Shown one piece after another: positions 36,152 to 46,143 of a DNA stretch of 64,000 nt. The stretch is from Candidatus Peregrinibacteria bacterium. GTDB taxonomy: Bacteria > Patescibacteriota > Gracilibacteria > UBA1369 > LOWO2-01-FULL-3. Location: assembly GCA_030592015.1 (NCBI GenBank), contig JAUUZY010000002.1:8838-72837 (forward strand). Reading direction: 5' to 3'. Position numbers and translations under genes: made by a program. Every line of letters begins with the position of its first letter. Within the stretch, counting starts at the first letter, position 1. The notes under the pieces were generated by a model. That model did no database searches and was not told the origin of the DNA. It worked only from the letters and a program-made list of their open reading frames with translations.

Positions 36152-37877
36152 TCTTAAAAACTTTAAGTATTTCTCTGAAAAATATCATGAGTACTATTGT
36201 GAATATTATGATTTGCCATTCCAGTACAGATAAAACGCTAGTGTTTAGTAAGGAATGAATTGCTTCTAATTTAGTTGAAAAATAGATTATTGCCAGGCCT
36301 ATTGTTGCTACTAAAATTAGTGGCATGTTTGCTGTTATGTTTGATGTGAATAAGCTTTTTTTAGCTTTTCTGATTATGAATGCATTTAGTATTTGTATTA
36401 TTCCCAGTAGTGCAAATACTATTGTGGCTGATTTTATGAAGATTGGGTCAGAACTAGAAATTGTGTCTCCGTATGTCCAGCCAAACCTGATTAAGTTGAG
36501 ATAATATGCTGCTGTTATTATTGCTCCTATCATTATTCCGCTCAATACTGTTTTTACTTTGTTGTGCGGTTTTGTTGGTTTAGTTGTGCCTTTTTCTTCC
36601 ATTATTGCAAGTTCTGTTCCAGTGTTGATGAATATATCTATTATCAGAATTAGAGCTATAGAGAGGGGAAGAGGTACGCCTATTATTATTGCAAAAATTG
36701 CTACTGCGAATTCTGCAATCTTGCATGAAATTGCGTGCTGTGTGACTTTGCTCTTGTTTGCGTTTGTTGTTTTTCCTCTTTTTATTTCTTCAAAAAGCAC
36801 TTTTAGGCTGTGAGTTTGCTTTTTGTTGGTAATTGCAATTGTTTCTCCCAATTCTTTTAGTGTTTGCATAATTCTTATGCGATCTTTTGAAGCCATTTCT
36901 GAAAAAACCAGATCCTTCTCTTTGTTTGAGAGCATTTTCTTTAATTTTTGATCTGATAGTATCTTTAGATGGCTGCCTGTAATGGATTCGAAATAGTGTG
37001 GGTTTATAACCTCTAATTCTTTTGCGATTGCTGTGCAGTTTCGTTCCTTCATACTGCTGAGTATGTAAATCTTTGTATTTAGTTTTTTTATCTTGTTTAT
37101 TGTTTCAATAGTTTCGTAGTTGATAGGGTTTGCGAGTCCTATCTGTCCTAAAAATATTAAATCATTTTCGGTGAATTGTTCTGTATATTTGTCCAATATT
37201 TTTAATGGCAGTCCCTTGTATGCGTATGCGAGAACCTTTTGTCCTTTTTTGTTTAGTTTTTCTATTTTTTTCCTTATTTTTCTTTTGAGCTGAGTGTTTA
37301 ATTCAAGTTTTTTTCCGTTTACAAGTATGCGTGTACATTTTTCGAGTATTTTTTGTGGATTTCCTTTTGTGAATGCGAAAACCTCATTAGTTTCACTGTC
37401 TTTTGCTACTATTGTGGAAAGCTTCTTTTCTTTGCTTGATGGAAGTTTTTCAATGATTGAGAATTTATTTTCGCTGTCTTTTTTCTTTAATCCACATTTA
37501 TGAAGGAATTCAGTGATGATTTTTTCTATTTTTGACATCTTTGGGTAGTGGCAGAGGTGTGTGATATTCGCTATTAACTCCATTGTTTTTTCTTTTCTTA
37601 GATGATTTCTATCTATGGAGATTAGTTCTTTGCTTTCCTGGTTTTCAATTTCCAGCATGTTTTTGTTTTCTTCTATAGATATTTTGTATTTGTCGAAGAC
37701 TATACTTTTTACTATTGAATAGTTTTTTATAAAGACTCCGCTGATGTTTGTGCATATTATCCCTGCACTGCCCAGTTTTGAATCGTATTTATAGTTAATA
37801 GCTTTTATCAATATTAGGCTAACAGGGAGTATGGATAGCACTATTACTACTATTTGTAAGATTAAATTTTTTTCCAT
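36129..37877 (-). CDS. Truncated, catalytically degenerate P-type ATPase homolog (M4, N/P domains, M5-M10)
   Basis: FTKGNPQKILEKC, KVLAYAYK, DLIFLGQIGLANP retained; ICTNISG replaces ICSDKTG; no TGES or GDGVND. Confidence 0.75.
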   Translation of the reverse strand: MEKNLILQIVVIVLSILPVSLILIKAINYKYDSKLGSAGIICTNISGVFIKNYSIVKSIVFDKYKISIEENKNMLEIENQESKELISIDRNHLRKEKTMELIANITHLCHYPKMSKIEKIITEFLHKCGLKKKDSENKFSIIEKLPSSKEKKLSTIVAKDSETNEVFAFTKGNPQKILEKCTRILVNGKKLELNTQLKRKIRKKIEKLNKKGQKVLAYAYKGLPLKILDKYTEQFTENDLIFLGQIGLANPINYETIETINKIKKLNTKIYILSSMKERNCTAIAKELEVINPHYFESITGSHLKILSDQKLKKMLSNKEKDLVFSEMASKDRIRIMQTLKELGETIAITNKKQTHSLKVLFEEIKRGKTTNANKSKVTQHAISCKIAEFAVAIFAIIIGVPLPLSIALILIIDIFINTGTELAIMEEKGTTKPTKPHNKVKTVLSGIMIGAIITAAYYLNLIRFGWTYGDTISSSDPIFIKSATIVFALLGIIQILNAFIIRKAKKSLFTSNITANMPLILVATIGLAIIYFSTKLEAIHSLLNTSVLSVLEWQIIIFTIVLMIFFREILKVFKNENKTNK

Positions 37878-37879
37878 AT

Positions 37880-38527
37880 TTATTTAAGGTTTTTTTTCCT
37901 CCATTTTTCTATTTCTTTGTGATTTCCTGATGATAGAACTTCTGGGACTTTCATTCCTTTAAACACTGCTGGCCTGGTGTAGTGTGGATATTCCTTTTTC
38001 CTATCTAGGCTTAGTGAGAACGAATCTTCCAGGTGTGATTCTTGTTTTCCTAATACTTCCGGAATCAGTCTTGATATTGCGTCTACCATTATCATTGCCG
38101 GTAATTCACCACCTGTTAATACGTATTTTCCTACAGAAATTTCTTCATCTACCAATGTATCTCTTATTCTTTGATCTATTCCCTCGTATCTTCCGCATAG
38201 CAGTATAATTTCTTTATATTTGCTGCTGAATTTTTCCACTTTTGATTGGCTTAGAACCTTTCCTTGTGGGCTCATATATATTACCGGGCCTTTGTTTAAC
38301 GTTTTAACATGTTCAATCGCATCGTATAGTGGTTGCGGAGTCATAACCATTCCTGCACCTCCTCCGAACGGCATGTCGTCTACTTTTTTGTGTTTATCCT
38401 TTGAGAATTTTCTGATGTCGTGTGTATGGATTTCTATTAGGTTTTTTTCTTTTGCTCGTTTCAAAATACTCTCCTCAAAGTATGAGTTAAAAATTTCAGG
38501 GAATATTGTTAAAATGTCGAATCGCAT
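37880..38527 (-). CDS. trmD: tRNA (guanine37-N1)-methyltransferase
   Basis: VDD.PFGGGAGM, SPQG, CGRYEGIDQR, YVLTGGELPA, EYPHYTRP. Confidence 0.98.
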   Translation of the reverse strand: MRFDILTIFPEIFNSYFEESILKRAKEKNLIEIHTHDIRKFSKDKHKKVDDMPFGGGAGMVMTPQPLYDAIEHVKTLNKGPVIYMSPQGKVLSQSKVEKFSSKYKEIILLCGRYEGIDQRIRDTLVDEEISVGKYVLTGGELPAMIMVDAISRLIPEVLGKQESHLEDSFSLSLDRKKEYPHYTRPAVFKGMKVPEVLSSGNHKEIEKWRKKNLK

Positions 38528-38528
38528 A

Positions 38529-41096
38529 TTATTTTCTATAAAATTTTCTAGCGTAGTTTGTTATTGGTGGAACTAGGAAGGCTAGTGATGCGAATGCTGC
38601 TAACATTAGCCATTCTGATAGTGATAGTGGAGTTGTTTTGAAAACTTTTTGCATGAATGGTGCGTATATCATGAAGAGTTGAAGACAGAATGATATAGCT
38701 ACTGCGCCAATTAGTGATTTATTTGATAGTAATGATTTTATGGAAACATTTTTTTCTTCCTTACATACGAATGCGAAGAACAACTCAAATAACACTATTT
38801 CTGTGAATACAAGCGTTCTTGCGTGTGATGCAATTCCCAAGTCTGTGATATCCATTCCGGCTTTTGTGTCGATATCCAGTCCGTAGAAATATAGGAATAA
38901 GTTCGCTATTGTTTGTAGGATCACGGCAACCAAAATGAAATCGAAGAATTTTCTAAAAATCTTTTCTTTTTTTGGATGTGGTTTTTGTTCCATTATATCC
39001 TTGGCTGCTTCTGATTTTCCTAGGGCGAGTGCTGGCAGGGCATCCGTTGCGATGTTTATCCAGAGTATTTGCAACGGCAAGATAGGTAGAGGGAATCCCA
39101 TTAGAGTTAAGACCCCTACAGCCATTATCGTATCGTAATTGGCTGAGAGCATGTATTTTATGAAGGAGAGGATGTTGTGATAAATTCTGCGGCCTTCTTT
39201 GATAGTATTTACTATCGTTGTGAAGTTGTCGTCTTTGAGTACTATGTCTGCCACTTCCTTTGTAGCTTCTGTTCCTTTGATTCCCATAGCAATTCCCACG
39301 TCTGCATGTTTTAGGGCAGGAGCATCGTTTACTCCGTCTCCTGTAACCGCTACCACTTCATGGTTCTTTTGTAGCAGGTCAACAATTCTGTATTTATGGT
39401 CCGGTTTTGTTCTGGCGAATATTTCAGTTTCGTAAATTATTTTTGTAAGCTCTTTATCGTTTAGTTTATCTATTTGATCTCCCGTTATAACTTTTTTTAC
39501 AGATAGTCCTATTTTTTCTCCCACTGCCTTTGCAGTTACAGGATTATCTCCTGTGATTATTTTTACTTTGATACCTGCGTTTTGGGCTATTTTAATTGAG
39601 GATTTTACGCTTTTTCGTGGTGGATCTATCATTCCCACTATTCCTACATATATTAGGTCTTTTTCGTTGAATGTCTTTTTGTGTACCTTGTATGCGAATG
39701 CTAGGACGCGGAGTGCCTTTTCCGAATAAGCCAAAGCTAGTTTATTTATTTCCTTCTTATCTGCGCTGCTTATTTTTGTGACTTTTCCGTTCTTCAATAT
39801 ATAGCTGCATCTTCTTAAAACTTCTTCATATGCCCCTTTTGTAAATATTTCCTCTTTCTTCCCTATTTCATGCAGTGTACTCATCATTTTCCTTTCTGAC
39901 GTGAAGACCTTTTCATCTATTTCTTTGTATTCGTTTACGTGTCTTGCTTTGCGGGCAAGTACCTTGAGTGCGATTTCTGTTGGATCTCCCAGTATATTTT
40001 TCCCTACGAATGAGCTGTTACAATTTTCACATATATCCATCAGTTTTTTTTCTTCAGGGCTTGTTAATTTTACTTTTTCCTTAAAGCCGTATCCTACTCC
40101 CGGTATTTCAACTTCTTTGAAGTTTGTATTAATTTTTTTGACTGTCATTTCGTTTAAGGTGAGTGTTCCAGTCTTGTCTGAACAAATGACTGTAGTTGCT
40201 CCCAATGTTTCTATTGAGTTCATTTTCCTCACTATTGCCTTTTTTCCTGCTAAAATTTGTACTCCCATTGCCAATGTAAGTGTGACAATTATTGGCATTC
40301 CCTCAGGTATCGCGGAAACTCCCAATGCTACTGATGTCATTAGCATTTCCAAAGTTGATATGCCTCGTAGCTTTCCTAATATGAACAGTATTGAAATTAA
40401 TACTAAAATTAATAACCCTATCTTTTTGCTTAATTCATTGAGCTGAATTGTGAGAGGGGAGCGGGTTTTTTCTTGTTTTGATACCAGCTTAATTATTTTT
40501 CCGAATTCTGTATTTATTCCTGTGTGTATCACCATGGCTTTTGCTCTACCTGTAGTAACTATTGTTCCCTTATATAGTGTTGTTTCTTTTTCTGTTCCTG
40601 AGCTGCATTTATCTGCCGGTACACTTTCACCGGTTAGAATCGCTTCATCAACTTTCAATGAGAATGACTCTATTATTTCTAAATCTGCAGGGATTTTGTC
40701 TCCTTCATTTAGTATTACAATATCTCCTGGCACCAAATTTCTTATAGCCATCTCTGTTTCTTGTCCATCTCTCAATACTATCGTTATTGGAATTACCATT
40801 TTCTTTAGAGCGTTGACTGCGTTTTCTGCTTTGTATTCCTGAGTAAATCCTATGAATGCGTTGATTATTACTATTGCAAAAATCGCGGCTCCATCGATAG
40901 TTTCGCCCAAAAAGAAAGAAACGCTTCCTGCTATTATTAAAATGATAATAAGCAGAGAAGTGAATTGAGATAAAAGCAGTTTTATTGCTCGAAATTCTTT
41001 CTTTGTGACTATTTCGTTATAGCCGTACTTTTCTAATCTTTTTTGAGCTTCTTTACTGCTCAAACCGCTAAATTGATTTTGTTTTATTTTTTCCAT
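38529..41096 (-). CDS. Cation-transporting P-type ATPase (P2A, Ca2+-type)
   Basis: LTGES, AIPEG, CSDKTGTLT, KGA, DPPR, TGD, GDGVNDAPAL, WINIATD. Confidence 0.95.
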   Translation of the reverse strand: MEKIKQNQFSGLSSKEAQKRLEKYGYNEIVTKKEFRAIKLLLSQFTSLLIIILIIAGSVSFFLGETIDGAAIFAIVIINAFIGFTQEYKAENAVNALKKMVIPITIVLRDGQETEMAIRNLVPGDIVILNEGDKIPADLEIIESFSLKVDEAILTGESVPADKCSSGTEKETTLYKGTIVTTGRAKAMVIHTGINTEFGKIIKLVSKQEKTRSPLTIQLNELSKKIGLLILVLISILFILGKLRGISTLEMLMTSVALGVSAIPEGMPIIVTLTLAMGVQILAGKKAIVRKMNSIETLGATTVICSDKTGTLTLNEMTVKKINTNFKEVEIPGVGYGFKEKVKLTSPEEKKLMDICENCNSSFVGKNILGDPTEIALKVLARKARHVNEYKEIDEKVFTSERKMMSTLHEIGKKEEIFTKGAYEEVLRRCSYILKNGKVTKISSADKKEINKLALAYSEKALRVLAFAYKVHKKTFNEKDLIYVGIVGMIDPPRKSVKSSIKIAQNAGIKVKIITGDNPVTAKAVGEKIGLSVKKVITGDQIDKLNDKELTKIIYETEIFARTKPDHKYRIVDLLQKNHEVVAVTGDGVNDAPALKHADVGIAMGIKGTEATKEVADIVLKDDNFTTIVNTIKEGRRIYHNILSFIKYMLSANYDTIMAVGVLTLMGFPLPILPLQILWINIATDALPALALGKSEAAKDIMEQKPHPKKEKIFRKFFDFILVAVILQTIANLFLYFYGLDIDTKAGMDITDLGIASHARTLVFTEIVLFELFFAFVCKEEKNVSIKSLLSNKSLIGAVAISFCLQLFMIYAPFMQKVFKTTPLSLSEWLMLAAFASLAFLVPPITNYARKFYRK

Positions 41097-41169
41097 GAAA
41101 TAAATGCAGATATTCTAATAGATATTAGCAAATTAATCTGCCTTTCGGAATGATATTTTGAGAAGGACT

Positions 41170-41613
41170 TTAACGTTTGCTGAATTGAGGAGCCTTTCTT
41201 GCTCTCTTTAGACCAAATTTCTTTCTTTCCTTTGTACGTGAGTCTCTTGTAAGAAGACCTGCGTGTTTTAGAGTTGGCTTGTTTGTAGGGTCGGACTCTA
41301 TCAATGCCTTTGCAATACCATGTCTGATTGCTTCAGCTTGTGAGCTGTGTCCTCCTCCTTGAACTTTTACCAATATATCGAAGCTTTTCAAATCTCCTGT
41401 AAGTTTTAGTGGTGACTTAATTGTTTCTGCGTGTATTTTAACTTCGCAGAACTCTTTTAGTGTTTTGTCATTGATTGTGAAATTTCCAGTTCCTTTGTAC
41501 AGTCTTACCTTTGCAACTGAAGTCTTTCTTTTTCCATTTGCGTATATGTACTTACCTTTTGGTGTAGTAGTTGGTTTTGTCTTATCCTTTGTAGTTGTTT
41601 TAGTTGCTGGCAT
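41170..41613 (-). CDS. rpsI: 30S ribosomal protein S9 (T/K-rich N-terminal extension)
   Basis: GKRKTSVA, GGG.SSQAEAIRHGIA, KERKKFGLKRARKAPQFSKR. Confidence 0.98.
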   Translation of the reverse strand: MPATKTTTKDKTKPTTTPKGKYIYANGKRKTSVAKVRLYKGTGNFTINDKTLKEFCEVKIHAETIKSPLKLTGDLKSFDILVKVQGGGHSSQAEAIRHGIAKALIESDPTNKPTLKHAGLLTRDSRTKERKKFGLKRARKAPQFSKR

Positions 41614-41623
41614 TGTTTAATGA

Positions 41624-42052
41624 TTATACTTCTAATGTTTCTGGCTTTTGTGCGTCGTGTGGATGTTCTTCACCAGAATAAATTTTTAACTTTTCCATAA
41701 AAACTTTACGAAGTTTGTTTTTTGGTAGCATTCCACTTACTGCTAGTTCGATTATTTTTGTAGGTTTCTTTTTGTGTAGAGTTTCTGCTGTTTCTTCTTT
41801 AAATCCTCCAGGGAATCCTGAATGTCTTTGGTACATTTTTCTGCTCCACTTGTTTCCTGTTAGCTTTACTTTGTCTGAATTGATGATTATTACAAAGTCT
41901 CCGCAGTCCATGTGTGGTGAGAATATGCTTTTGTCTTTTCCTCTAAGTTTATTGGCAACTTGTGTAGCCATTCGTCCTAAAACTTTGTTTTTTGCGTCTA
42001 TGATAAACCACTTTCGGTTTATATCTTCTTTTTTTGCAATATGGGTTTTCAT
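41624..42052 (-). CDS. rplM: 50S ribosomal protein L13
   Basis: WFIIDA...LGR.A, PHMDCGD, GMLPKN, HPHDAQKP. Confidence 0.98.
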   Translation of the reverse strand: MKTHIAKKEDINRKWFIIDAKNKVLGRMATQVANKLRGKDKSIFSPHMDCGDFVIIINSDKVKLTGNKWSRKMYQRHSGFPGGFKEETAETLHKKKPTKIIELAVSGMLPKNKLRKVFMEKLKIYSGEEHPHDAQKPETLEV

Positions 42053-42053
42053 T

Positions 42054-42407
42054 TTATACTAGTTCAAGTTGTACAGTAGGTGCATTGTCTCCTTTTCTGG
42101 AGCCGAGCTTGGTAATTCGTGTGTATCCTGAGTTACGGTCTTTATACTTGTCTACCAAGACTTCTAAAATCTTCTTTGAGCTGCTTTTGTGTTGTAGCAA
42201 TCTTTCTATGTTCCTGATTGCATTTCTTTTATCAGGATTTTTCCCAATTGTTATCAGCCTCTCGATAAATGGTTGTACTTTCTTGGCTTTAGAAGCTGTA
42301 GTCTTTATACTTTCGTGAATAATTACAGCCATTGCTAGATTTCTAAGTATAGCTACTTTGTGATCTTTGTCTGAACCAAGTTTTACTTTTTTTACTCTAT
42401 GTCTCAT
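42054..42407 (-). CDS. rplQ: 50S ribosomal protein L17
   Basis: MRHR...KLG, I.TT..KAK, SGYTRI.K...RKGD.A. Confidence 0.98.
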   Translation of the reverse strand: MRHRVKKVKLGSDKDHKVAILRNLAMAVIIHESIKTTASKAKKVQPFIERLITIGKNPDKRNAIRNIERLLQHKSSSKKILEVLVDKYKDRNSGYTRITKLGSRKGDNAPTVQLELV

Positions 42408-42416
42408 AATTAATGT

Positions 42417-43391
42417 TTATTCTTCTGAAAGATTAAGTCCTTTTTTCTCTAGTGCATCAGCTACTTCTGTTAAAGCCTTCTTACCGAAGCCTCTAAGATT
42501 TGAAAGTTTGCTTTCTGTACATTTTGAAAGTTGTTCTATTGAACCAATACCTCCGTTTATTAGAGCATTTAGAGTTCTTGGTGAGAATCCCAGTATCTCT
42601 ATCGGTGTATATGATTCTTGAGTTGGTTTGTTTGCTTCTTCTTCTTTTTCTTTCTCAATGATTGATTTGATGTCTGACATGTAGTCTTCTTCAACCATGA
42701 TGTTATCTATATTGAATAGGTTGAAGTATGATTGTAGAATGTTTGAAGCGAACTTTAGTGCATCCTCTGGAGTAATTGTTCCATTCGTTAGGATTTCTAC
42801 AGTTAGCTTGTCCAAGTTTGTCATTTGACCTACACGACTTGCTTCTACGTCATATCTTACTTTCTTCACAGGTGAGAAGAATCCATCTACCAATATTAGA
42901 TTTGCGTCTGTTTCTTCTTTTTGTCTTTGTGCAGCAGGGGAGTATCCAACTCCTTTTTCGATTTGCATTTCGATCTTTAGCTTTGCACCCTTTCCAAGTG
43001 TTGCGATGTGAAGCTTTGGATTTAATATCTCTACATCTGAACTACACTTAATATCTTTTGCCACTACCACTCCTTCTTTTGTAGCTTCAAGTGTTATTAT
43101 AGATTTTTCATTTGTGTCTTTTTTGATATCTAGCATCTTTAGATTTAGGATTATATCCAAAACGCTTTCCGTTACTCCTTTAATTGTTGAGTATTGGTGG
43201 CTTACACCGTCTATCTTTACTCCTGTTACACATGCTCCAGGCAATGATGATAACAAGATTCTTCTTAGTGCGTTACCAATAGTAACTCCGTATCCTGTAG
43301 GTAATGGTCCCATAGAAAAAGTGACGTGATTGTCAGCTAAATTTTCTGTTTTTACTTTGGGAATTCCAATTTCCTGTTGAATGATATGCAT
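42417..43391 (-). CDS. rpoA: RNA polymerase alpha subunit
   Basis: GYGVTIGNALRRILLSSLPG, FSPVKKV, CTD RTLNAL/GFGKK. Confidence 0.98.
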   Translation of the reverse strand: MHIIQQEIGIPKVKTENLADNHVTFSMGPLPTGYGVTIGNALRRILLSSLPGACVTGVKIDGVSHQYSTIKGVTESVLDIILNLKMLDIKKDTNEKSIITLEATKEGVVVAKDIKCSSDVEILNPKLHIATLGKGAKLKIEMQIEKGVGYSPAAQRQKEETDANLILVDGFFSPVKKVRYDVEASRVGQMTNLDKLTVEILTNGTITPEDALKFASNILQSYFNLFNIDNIMVEEDYMSDIKSIIEKEKEEEANKPTQESYTPIEILGFSPRTLNALINGGIGSIEQLSKCTESKLSNLRGFGKKALTEVADALEKKGLNLSEE

Positions 43392-43401
43392 ATAATGATG
43401 A

Positions 43402-44016
43402 TTATTTTGAATAAAATTCAGTAATAAGTTGATTGTCTATGATTTTTTCAATGTCGTCTTTGTCTGGCATTGCTTTTACTTCTCCTTTTAGGCCTTTCAG
43501 GTCTGAACTAAGCCATTTTGGGTTCTTTATTTTTCCTTTTTTAATTTCCTCGAATAGTGGTGAGTTTTTACTTTTTTCTTGTACTTCAAATATGTCGCCT
43601 TCTTTTACTAAAGTTGAAGGTGTTTTTGATCTTTTTCCGTTTAGTTTGAATAGTCCATGACTAACCATCTGTCTTGCTTGTCTTCTTGTTGTTGCAAGTC
43701 CGGCTCTAAATACTACATTGTCCAATCTTCTTTCTAGAATTATCATATATACTTCACCTGTTGCTTCTGAGCTCTTACTGGCAAGTTTATAATACTTGCT
43801 TGATTGTTTTTCGCTTATTCCATACATGAATCGTGCTTTTTGCTTTTCTCGTAACTGTTTGTTGTATTCTGACAACTGAGAAAAACGTTTTTGTCCATGT
43901 TCACCAGGTTTGTACCCTTTCTTTTGGAAAGCTTTTATTTTGCTTTCTCCGTTAGAGAAGAGCATTACTCCTAATCTTCTTGAAATTCTAGTTATTGGCC
44001 CTCTATATCGTGACAT
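43402..44016 (-). CDS. rpsD: 30S ribosomal protein S4
   Basis: MSRYRGP, PGEHG, LREKQK, LERRLDNVVFR, EFYSK. Confidence 0.98.
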   Translation of the reverse strand: MSRYRGPITRISRRLGVMLFSNGESKIKAFQKKGYKPGEHGQKRFSQLSEYNKQLREKQKARFMYGISEKQSSKYYKLASKSSEATGEVYMIILERRLDNVVFRAGLATTRRQARQMVSHGLFKLNGKRSKTPSTLVKEGDIFEVQEKSKNSPLFEEIKKGKIKNPKWLSSDLKGLKGEVKAMPDKDDIEKIIDNQLITEFYSK

Positions 44017-44043
44017 AATATTGTTCTATTATCGATTATTTGA

Positions 44044-44445
44044 TTAAACTCTTCTTTGCTTTTTCTTTCTGCATCCGTTGTGTGGGATTGGCGTCATATC
44101 ATTTATTGATATTAGGTCCAGTCCGCTTGATACCAATCCTCTGATTGCTTGCTCTCTTCCACTTCCTACTCCTTTTACGTAAACGTGTATTTTTTCAAGT
44201 CCAAAAGCTTTTGCTTTTTCTGCTGCACTTTCCGCTGCAACTTGTGCTGCGTATGGTGTAGCCTTTCTTGCTCCTCTAAACCCGCTTGATCCTGCGCTGC
44301 TCCAAGAGATGACGTCTCCGCTTGGATCTGTAAGTGTTACGATTGTGTTGTTGTATGATGCTCTTATATGCGCGTTTCCTAATGGCACGGCTCTTCTTTT
44401 ACCTCTTGTCTTCTTAACTGTTTTTTTTAATTCTTTTTCAGCCAT
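44044..44445 (-). CDS. rpsK: 30S ribosomal protein S11
   Basis: [30 protein letters not shown]. Confidence 0.98.
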   Translation of the reverse strand: MAEKELKKTVKKTRGKRRAVPLGNAHIRASYNNTIVTLTDPSGDVISWSSAGSSGFRGARKATPYAAQVAAESAAEKAKAFGLEKIHVYVKGVGSGREQAIRGLVSSGLDLISINDMTPIPHNGCRKKKQRRV

Positions 44446-44454
44446 TATTTATGG

Positions 44455-44829
44455 TTATTTGGTTACAGTTTTCTTGTTAGCTATTGTTTTCTTCTTACCC
44501 TTTCTTGTTCTGCAATTGTATCTTGTTCGCTGTCCTCTTACCGGCATTCCTCTTTTATGCCTAAAACCTCTTTGACAACCAATCTCTTGTAGTCGTTTTA
44601 TATCTAGTGCTACCTTCCTCTTTAAATCACCTTCTGTTGGTAACTTATTGATAAGCTCTCTTAATACTGAAACTTCTTGCTCTGTAAGATCTTGCACTTT
44701 TGTGCTTCTGTCTATCTTCGCTTGTTTAAGTAGTGTTATGCTTGAGCTTCTTCCAATTCCGAACACAGCTGTAAGTGCTATTTCTACTCTTTTTTCCTTT
44801 GGTATGTTTACGCCTGCTATTCTAGCCAT
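44455..44829 (-). CDS. rpsM: 30S ribosomal protein S13
   Basis: [21 protein letters not shown]. Confidence 0.98.
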   Translation of the reverse strand: MARIAGVNIPKEKRVEIALTAVFGIGRSSSITLLKQAKIDRSTKVQDLTEQEVSVLRELINKLPTEGDLKRKVALDIKRLQEIGCQRGFRHKRGMPVRGQRTRYNCRTRKGKKKTIANKKTVTK

Positions 44830-44866
44830 TGGTATTAATTATATTGTTTTATTTATAATCTGCTTT

Positions 44867-44907
44867 TAAGCAGCTAGTATTCTTGGGGGGTGAATACTAA
44901 CCGCTTA
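44867..44907 (-). promoter_or_regulatory. 16-bp hairpin with C-rich loop between rpmJ and rpsM
   Basis: Minus strand: TAAGCGGTTAGTATTC-ACCCCCCAA-GAATACTAGCTGCTTA (two G-U pairs). Confidence 0.55.
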
Positions 44908-44915
44908 GAAATCAA

Positions 44916-45047
44916 TTATCCTTGTCTTTGCTTATGTCTTTTATTTTCACATCTTACACGTACAACAGATTTTCCTGTTTGTCCGCTTGGTCTGCGAATG
45001 ATTTGACACTTGTCGCACATTTTTTTTACTGATGATCTTACTTTCAT
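44916..45047 (-). CDS. rpmJ: 50S ribosomal protein L36 (43 aa, Zn-ribbon type, with insertion)
   Basis: Not in ORF track. Manual translation [43 protein letters not shown]; overlaps the infA stop (ATGA). Confidence 0.96.
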   Translation of the reverse strand: MKVRSSVKKMCDKCQIIRRPSGQTGKSVVRVRCENKRHKQRQG

Positions 45048-45280
45048 GATGGATTCTTTGTTGCTTTATGCCTGTAAGTAATTCTGCCCTTTTCTAAGTC
45101 ATATACGCTTAGTTGTATAGTCACTTTGTCTCCAGGTAAAATTCTAATATAATTTACCCTCATTTTTCCTGATAGATGGGCTGTTATTACCTTACCATCT
45201 TCCAACTCAACTTTAAATTTAGCGTTTGGTAGAGGTTCTGTAACAGTTCCTTCTATTTCTATGGTGTCTTCTTTTCCCAT
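45044..45280 (-). CDS. infA: Translation initiation factor IF-1
   Basis: [27 protein letters not shown]. Confidence 0.98.
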   Translation of the reverse strand: MGKEDTIEIEGTVTEPLPNAKFKVELEDGKVITAHLSGKMRVNYIRILPGDKVTIQLSVYDLEKGRITYRHKATKNPS

Positions 45281-45321
45281 GGTTGTGCCCTTTTTATAAT
45301 GTGGGTAGACAAAGCGTTTGG

Positions 45322-45350
45322 ATTCTACCTTAGATATTTCCCTTATGCAA
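45322..45350 (-). promoter_or_regulatory. sigma70-type promoter upstream of infA
   Basis: TTGCAT-N17-TAGAAT. Confidence 0.55.
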
Positions 45351-45384
45351 TAGCTTTTTTTACACTTTTTATTAGCTTTTCTCT

Positions 45385-46137
45385 TTAAACTTGAGTGAGT
45401 ACCTCATTGCCTGTTTTTGTAATCAGAATGGTGTTTTCTACCTGTACAGACGCAGAGTTGTCTGCGGTTACGATAGTCCAATTGTCAGGAAGTGTTTTCA
45501 TATTGTTTGTTCCTGCAGAAAAAATCGGTTCTATTGCTAGTGTCATGCCTTCTTTTAATACTGGTCCTGGTTTTCCTTCCCAATAATTTAGGACAATAGG
45601 GGATTCGTGTAATTTTTTTCCTATTCCGTGACCTGTAAGGTCTTTTATTATGAAAAATCCTTCTTTTGTTACTATGTTTTCGATTGTTTTCCCTATTTCG
45701 TTAAGATGTATACCTGGTTTTATTATATCTATTGCTGCACCAAGTGCTCTGTATGCAGTTTTGATTAATTTTTCTTTTTCGCTCGAAATTTTACCTACTC
45801 CTACTGATCTTGCAGCATCTGTATAAAATCCTTCAAGAATTACCCCACAGTCTACTGTAAACAAATCTCCTTCTTTTAATAATTGGTCTTTGTTTGGTAT
45901 TCCGTGAACGATAATTTCGTTAATTGCTGTACAGAGTGTTGCGGGAAATCCTTGATATCCTTTGAATCCTGGAATTCCTCCATGTTGTCTTATGAAGTTT
46001 TCTGCGAATTGATCCAGTTCATATGTTGAAACTCCCGGTTTTGCCATTTCACATACTTTTTCCAAAACTTCTCCAAGAATCTTTCCCCCTTTTCGCATGG
46101 AATTTATTTCTGCCTTATTTTTTATACTAATCCCCAT
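45385..46137 (-). CDS. map: Methionine aminopeptidase type I
   Basis: VHGIP, DCG...D, GHGIG..LHE.P, AIEP, ENTI. Confidence 0.97.
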   Translation of the reverse strand: MGISIKNKAEINSMRKGGKILGEVLEKVCEMAKPGVSTYELDQFAENFIRQHGGIPGFKGYQGFPATLCTAINEIIVHGIPNKDQLLKEGDLFTVDCGVILEGFYTDAARSVGVGKISSEKEKLIKTAYRALGAAIDIIKPGIHLNEIGKTIENIVTKEGFFIIKDLTGHGIGKKLHESPIVLNYWEGKPGPVLKEGMTLAIEPIFSAGTNNMKTLPDNWTIVTADNSASVQVENTILITKTGNEVLTQV

Positions 46138-46143
46138 AGTTTT

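Noticed and set aside
36129..37877. Calling the degenerate P-type ATPase a pseudogene
   Set aside because: Uninterrupted 582-codon frame tightly coupled to both neighbours; kept as a CDS, although decay is not excluded
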